Of a stretch of 64,000 nucleotides of DNA, positions 59,501 through 64,000 are shown in pieces. Origin of the DNA: Lytechinus pictus. Its lineage: Eukaryota. Under the pieces are notes generated by a model that saw only the letters and a list, made by a program, of their open reading frames with translations, did not search any database and had not been told where the DNA came from. Where the stretch lies: positions 12,090,001 through 12,154,000 of the forward strand of contig NC_087246.1 in assembly GCF_037042905.1 (NCBI RefSeq), given 5' to 3'. Positions within the stretch are counted from its first letter, which is position 1. The number at the start of each line of letters is the position of its first letter. Both the position numbers and the translations under genes were made by a program.

Positions 59501-62500
59501 TAGAGTTAGATCAATGACGTAATGACTCCCGTAAGCCGACCTCAGTCCGCTTTGTATTAACACATATGAGAAGGCGGCTTCACGCCGCCTCAAAGGCGAC
59601 CTCAAACCACCTCCAGAGGTGGACCGAAATCGGGGCAGCTTCAAGATGACATCAGTCCACTTGTGTGATTACACATACATTCAAGGCAGCGTGAGACCGG
59701 CCTCATGCCACCTTCACTCGTATTTGTAAATGAGGTTTTGGATACACCCTCTTGGAGAGATTGTGTATTGTACAGAGAATACATTTGATAATGGAATGCT
59801 TCAAAAATTAATTGTCATTTCATAGTATATATTTTTTGTATTCACAGTGGTTGAAAGGTGTAGTGGCTCTGCAGACAAGTATAGCAAGACATTTAGCTCA
59901 GAAGTCACTACCTAAAGAACCTACCATTAAACCAAAAATCATCACTGCTTCTATGCTCTCGAAGCCTTCATCTGCTCCAACCATAGTCACAGCCACACCG
60001 TCCAGTCACAGCACAACACCGGTCAGTGATACATCATCAAGTGTTACATCATCCAGCATTGCATCCACTAACCAGGAAGCAAAGAGCACAACTACGGTTA
60101 CAACAACCACCACAAACTCTTGCAGCATGAAAGACACAAATGTGGTAGAGTCTTTGAGCAGAGAATTTCGGACTGCCAAAAGGGATGTTTATAAGTATGA
60201 TTTGATTGACACGCAAGAACCAAAAATTAGAACGGTTGCAGATTTAAAGGCTTTGCACAATGGACCACTCAAACCAATTAGTGCAGTTACCTCATTTATG
60301 TCAAATGGGCCATCAAGTTTGTACAAGAGCAAAACGGAACTTGTCTTAGAAGCAGCTGAACACTTGAACAACCATGTCATGGTCAAGACGAAAAACAATG
60401 GAACATCTCTCTCCTCAGAGGAAAAGACGTTACATGATTCTCCATCCACTAGCATTATGAATGGTAGTATAACAAACAATGATAGCTCGGAGTCAAAGGT
60501 CGTGACCTCCATGCAGAGAGTGACCCCTGCAGGGGTCAAGTCACCACCTGCAGTGGCCTGCTCATCAGCCAAGACCAATGCCACATCAACAGTCATGCTC
60601 AGTAGTGGAAGCGTGGTGGTACCATCGTCTGCTAAGGTTGTGTCAACAACGCAAGCAGGAAACCTCAAGTTTACCACCATCACCATGCCAACCAAGATGG
60701 CTGTTGGTGTAGGTCAAGGGTCACCAGGATTAACGGGAAGAGTAGTGACAATACCAGCTTCCTCTGGTGAGAAGTACTTTATATTTTGAATAAATCCCCC
60801 CCCCCCCCTCCACCCCAAAAATGAATAGAAATAATTAAATTATAATAAATTAATAAATAAATAACAATAATAATGATTAATTAGTAAAAATAAAGGAAGA
60901 AAGAGAAAAAGAACAATAAGATCAGCTTTGTTTTCAACAATCCTTGATACTCATCTGTTATGATGTTTTTTTATCAGCTGAATTGAATTATGGGAATTTT
61001 TTGTATATGATCTGGAAGTTGGTTTTGGATTTTACTTGTTGGTTCTGAAATTCTAAAATATAATAACAAAATGTTGATTGATTGAAATGTAGCTCTGTCT
61101 TAAGATATAATGGATCATGACATGATAATATATTATTCCATCAAGGTTCTTGTTTTCTAAATCCTTTGTTTTGTCATATAATTTGACCTTTGGCAGGTAA
61201 GTTGAGTCCTTCACCTTTGAACTCTGGTAAGATCACACCTGCAACCTTGGGTTCATCACCAGCTATTATCAATCTCAATAGCTCTCTACAATCATGTATA
61301 GATGGCAATGGAGGTATGTATCACCTTTTATTCTCTCAGTCTTATTTTTATTTGTTTTTTCACGTCATGATTTTTATTAGAAAACATTCAAGAAAGGAGA
61401 ACTAGAAATTATTTGACTATCCAAATATTTGTTGATAATTGTCATTGAAGCATTTGTATACTTCTTAAATAAACCACTCAGCTGGATGTTCTGTGGGTTA
61501 GAAATTATTTTGAGGTTCCTGTATAATTAATGTTTTGTGTTTATGTTGATAGTTTGATTTATTCTTTCATCAGAATACATGGCCATGTCACATATATAAT
61601 TATATTTACTTTTATGTTTTGGAAAAGATGCTATATAAATCATATATATTATATCAATATTTACATTCAATTTTATTTCTTGGAAGTTTGCCCTAAATTT
61701 ATAGTAACAATTTTTCATATATTTATGTGACAGGGCCTTGGTGGAGCTAGAAATAGATTATGTATAAATGATTGACTTGTCAGTAGATAGAAAAGAACAG
61801 AAAATCAAATTAACTTTGGGTCATTCAAAAGTTCATGATGAACTTAATAAGAGTATGACAAGTTTTTAATTTTGCACTTTTCCCCAATTAACAGAAGTGG
61901 AGTTGAGTAAGTTAGATGAGAGGCTGGTCCAGATTCTTGCCTGGCAGAGATTACAGCAATTATTACCTCAAAAGGTAATCCATCTTTCACACAGTTTACA
62001 ATAAGGTTTTACATATGACAACATGTTTTACAGGTTTTACTGTTGATTGGCCAAGTAATGGCTTAACCATTGTTTGTAATAGTTCTAGAGGTGTTTCACA
62101 TAGATTTAATTCATCATACTTTAATTCCCAGTATAATACAGATATGCTCTCCTGTGTTTTTTAAATAATATGTCATGTGTGCATTGACACTTCAGCAGCA
62201 TATTTTGTCATTCTTTTTTTTTCTTTTTGTGAAAAACCCTTTCGATTGTTCAGTTTTGCCAAGTAATTAAAATTCCATGCTCGAGGCATGCCATCATTGT
62301 AACCATTTGTGTATTAAATGTATATCAGTTAAATGCTGCAGTGTTGTATTTTATTACTTTTCTCAAAATATAAAAGCTATTCCAGTAAATAGTAATTTGA
62401 TGAAAATATTGTTTGCTACCTGAATAATTTGAAAGATTAATACTGGTTTAGATTAAAATTGTAGACATCTTTATGTACAAACATTTGCTAATGGTATTTG

Positions 62501-63230
62501 TATATGAAATAATGCTGGAACTTTACGGTTGTAGGTACTACCTACCCTTGTTATTGAAGATGAAATATATAAATGAAAAGCACAAGAGTTCGAAAAAGTG
62601 TTTACAAATAACATCATTAAAAAGCTATGTACAGTTATTTATAGTATGATAGTTCTAAGCAAATGCATTCAAATAAGCCTCTTTTATTGAATATCTTTGT
62701 TGGTGTTATTCATAGCATGACAAGGACCTCATGTTTAGCAATGTGATTGAATAGTTATTCTAAGAAGGTACATGTAGTATCATTGGATGTTATACTAAAG
62801 CTACAGTCCAGGTTGAAGGTACTTTATGTCAATATTCTAAGCAAAATTGAACTTTTGGTTCACTCAGCTTTGTTATTGTATCTGAATTTGATTTACCTAT
62901 CCTAGACTCAAACCTTGCAGACTACGATAGTCAACAAGAAAACTACAACGAACACTGTATCATCATCATCATCATCCTCGGCATCCACTACTGCTGCTGC
63001 CATCAATCAGGGTACCTCATCAATACACACGTTTAGTACAGGTGGTACCACCACAGTAAGCAGTGTACCATTGCACACATCCACATTACCATCACCTGGT
63101 ACTTTCCATGGTGTTTCCTCTACAGGGCTGTCCCATACGGTGCGAGCTAGGGCCATGGTGTGTCCGATGAACAGTAAAGGTCCTGGTACACCGGTTCCAA
63201 TGTGCTACAGGTCTCTGCATATAGGATCAG
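41268..63230 (+). CDS. PHF12: PHD finger protein 12 (Pf1; SIN3/HDAC-MRG15 complex subunit), 13 exons, 3' end outside window
   Basis: Exons 41268-41318, 41594-41769, 51963-52035, 53693-53907, 54599-54867, 55216-55327, 56962-57094, 58290-58448, 58770-58910, 59848-60766, 61197-61313, 61895-61974 and 62906-63230 splice in frame. Recognised segments: [16 protein letters not shown], PHD1 ([24 protein letters not shown]), [11 protein letters not shown]2 ([24 protein letters not shown]), [20 protein letters not shown] and the FHA start (MCYRSLHIG). Confidence 0.94.
41594..41769 (+). CDS. PHF12: PHF12 exon 2 (PHD1 first part)
   Basis: ttacag acceptor, gtaaat donor. Confidence 0.94.
48460..48856. mobile_element. 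Short MITE of the CAGGGTG family (relative of 1507-3892)
   Basis: TIR cagggtgctacataa / ttatgtagcaccctg; flanks cagagcc / catagcc (7 bp, one mismatch). Confidence 0.85.
48997..49152. mobile_element. PIF/Harbinger-like MITE
   Basis: CAG|gggagcgtttca...tgaaacactccg|CAG; internal tccgaca repeats. Confidence 0.7.
49177..50489 (+). mobile_element. HINE/DINE-1-like element, second family (long copy, ~7 units)
   Basis: tttttgtctcacctgcat ... atgcaagtgagactgccagag..ccacttgt; aggtcaaaggtcattta-type unit recurs about every 150-180 bp. Confidence 0.82.
51963..52035 (+). CDS. PHF12: PHF12 exon 3 (PHD1 end, [19 protein letters not shown])
   Basis: ctacag acceptor, gtaaga donor. Confidence 0.93.
53693..53907 (+). 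CDS. PHF12: PHF12 exon 4 (charged linker)
   Basis: AAG acceptor after a pyrimidine tract, gtaagc donor. It bridges phase 0 to phase 2 as the neighbours require. Sequence is poorly conserved. Confidence 0.78.
54599..54867 (+). CDS. PHF12: PHF12 exon 5 (acidic linker, SIN3/MRG15-binding region NPKQFSLP)
   Basis: ctccag acceptor, gtaatt donor. Confidence 0.92.
55216..55327 (+). CDS. PHF12: PHF12 exon 6 ([19 protein letters not shown])
   Basis: gctcag acceptor, gtaagt donor. Confidence 0.92.
56962..57094 (+). CDS. PHF12: PHF12 exon 7 (PHD2)
   Basis: cttcag acceptor, gtaagt donor. Confidence 0.94.
57932..58145. mobile_element. Tc1/mariner-like MITE
   Basis: TA|cagtggttctaaaaagttagtgaacccc...ggggttcactaactttttagcaccactg|TA. 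Confidence 0.88.
58290..58448 (+). CDS. PHF12: PHF12 exon 8
   Basis: ttacag acceptor, gtgagg donor; [22 protein letters not shown]. Confidence 0.88.
58770..58910 (+). CDS. PHF12: PHF12 exon 9
   Basis: taccag acceptor, gtctgt donor; [16 protein letters not shown]...QEEQEE. Confidence 0.88.
59311..59737. mobile_element. PIF/Harbinger-like non-autonomous element
   Basis: TTG|gaccccatttaca...tgtaaatgaggtt|TTG; internal ttacacat repeats; GC-richer than flanks. Confidence 0.7.
59848..60766 (+). CDS. PHF12: PHF12 exon 10 (WLKGVVALQ plus long S/T-rich region)
   Basis: tcacag acceptor, gtgaga donor; 919 nt open frame. Confidence 0.9.
61197..61313 (+). CDS. PHF12: PHF12 exon 11
   Basis: tggcag acceptor, gtatgt donor; ...[13 protein letters not shown]. 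Confidence 0.8.
61895..61974 (+). CDS. PHF12: PHF12 exon 12 ([25 protein letters not shown])
   Basis: taacag acceptor (NAGNAG: CAG AAG), gtaatc donor. Confidence 0.9.
62906..63230 (+). CDS. PHF12: PHF12 exon 13 (start of FHA domain)
   Basis: cctag acceptor with an in-frame alternative at 62921; gtgagc donor; VRARA...[11 protein letters not shown]. Confidence 0.86.
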
Positions 63231-64000
63231 GTGAGCCCTAGGGTTGTCTGGTGCCATGTTATGCATGATGCTGAAGAACCACTTGACCAAGGCTAACACG
63301 GAACAGTGGTTCCTTTTATTGATTACAATGCTACAAATGAAATTTCTCTAAATATCTGCAGGAGCAACAATACCTAAGATGTTTGGGAAAGGAAAAAAAT
63401 GTGGATGCCTTAGATAATGTATCCAATGGGATAGTTTTACCTTGACATGGAGTAGTGGCTTTATTTTTCAAGACAGAGGAATTGGAATCAGATAAAATAT
63501 CACACATAATAAATTACCTAGTAGTTCACACAAAAATATATTCTTCAAATTTCAGAAACACATTCTTTCAGTCATCCCAGCAAATTCTGGATTAGTTTTC
63601 TATTTCTAGTAGCGTACAAAAAGTAATTCTTCATTAGACTTTGTTAATGCTTGCAATATGCAGGAATCAAATTTTGAGATATAAATTGGCGTTTTCAAGT
63701 TTGATTTTGGTGTTTTGTTTTGTTTTTTACATCAGCCCAGAATGAGATTGGTCTTGGAACATGAAGTTTTGAGCTATTGATAATTTGATTTGGACCATTT
63801 TTGTAAACTCAGATAAGGCGTTACAACTATGGAAAGCAATCTAAAATGTACTTCCAATACCAACACCAATTTTGAAATCATCCAATGTCTACATGTTAAA
63901 TCTCAAGTGGGTACATGTGCATTCTGTTGACATATTTTTGAAACCCAATGATTGGTAGTACCATGTATGTACCTCTGTTTATCAGTACAGAGAGTAATAG

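Noticed and set aside
60189-60695. 168-aa antisense ORF (also 24780-25043 and 53651-53932)
   Set aside because: Shadow frames opposite real coding exons.
1-64000. tRNA, rRNA, snoRNA genes or an intact transposase/RT gene
   Set aside because: None recognised by eye. A covariance-model search (tRNAscan-SE, Infernal/Rfam) would be needed to exclude small RNAs.

Overview
AT-rich animal genomic DNA with spliced genes; a sea-urchin-like deuterostome invertebrate is my inference from the gene structures and repeat styles. Three conserved protein-coding genes can be spliced by hand with consistent reading frames. RFC5 (+) has 9 secure exons at 5373-14868, an uncertain first exon and a U12-type minor intron at 9419-13122. 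PPM1D/Wip1 phosphatase (-) has 4 exons at 35894-24683 (643 aa). PHF12 (+) has 13 exons at 41268-63230 and continues past the window. Introns and intergenic DNA are full of non-autonomous mobile elements with readable TIRs and target-site duplications (hAT-, Tc1-, PIF/Harbinger-, Kolobok-like MITEs, Helentron-associated elements with ~160-bp tandem arrays, RTE/L2/CR1-type LINE fragments), often nested. The most unusual signal is a family of strongly over-represented, chained TA-NNNN-TA palindromes (TACATGTA inside gene bodies; TAGGCCTA, TAGATCTA and TAACGTTA near gene 5' ends) that look like zone-specific transposon excision scars. Other candidates are a P-element-like footprint, a possible recursive-splicing exon in PHF12 and a threefold peptide repeat in the PPM1D tail. 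All counts and alignments were done by eye.
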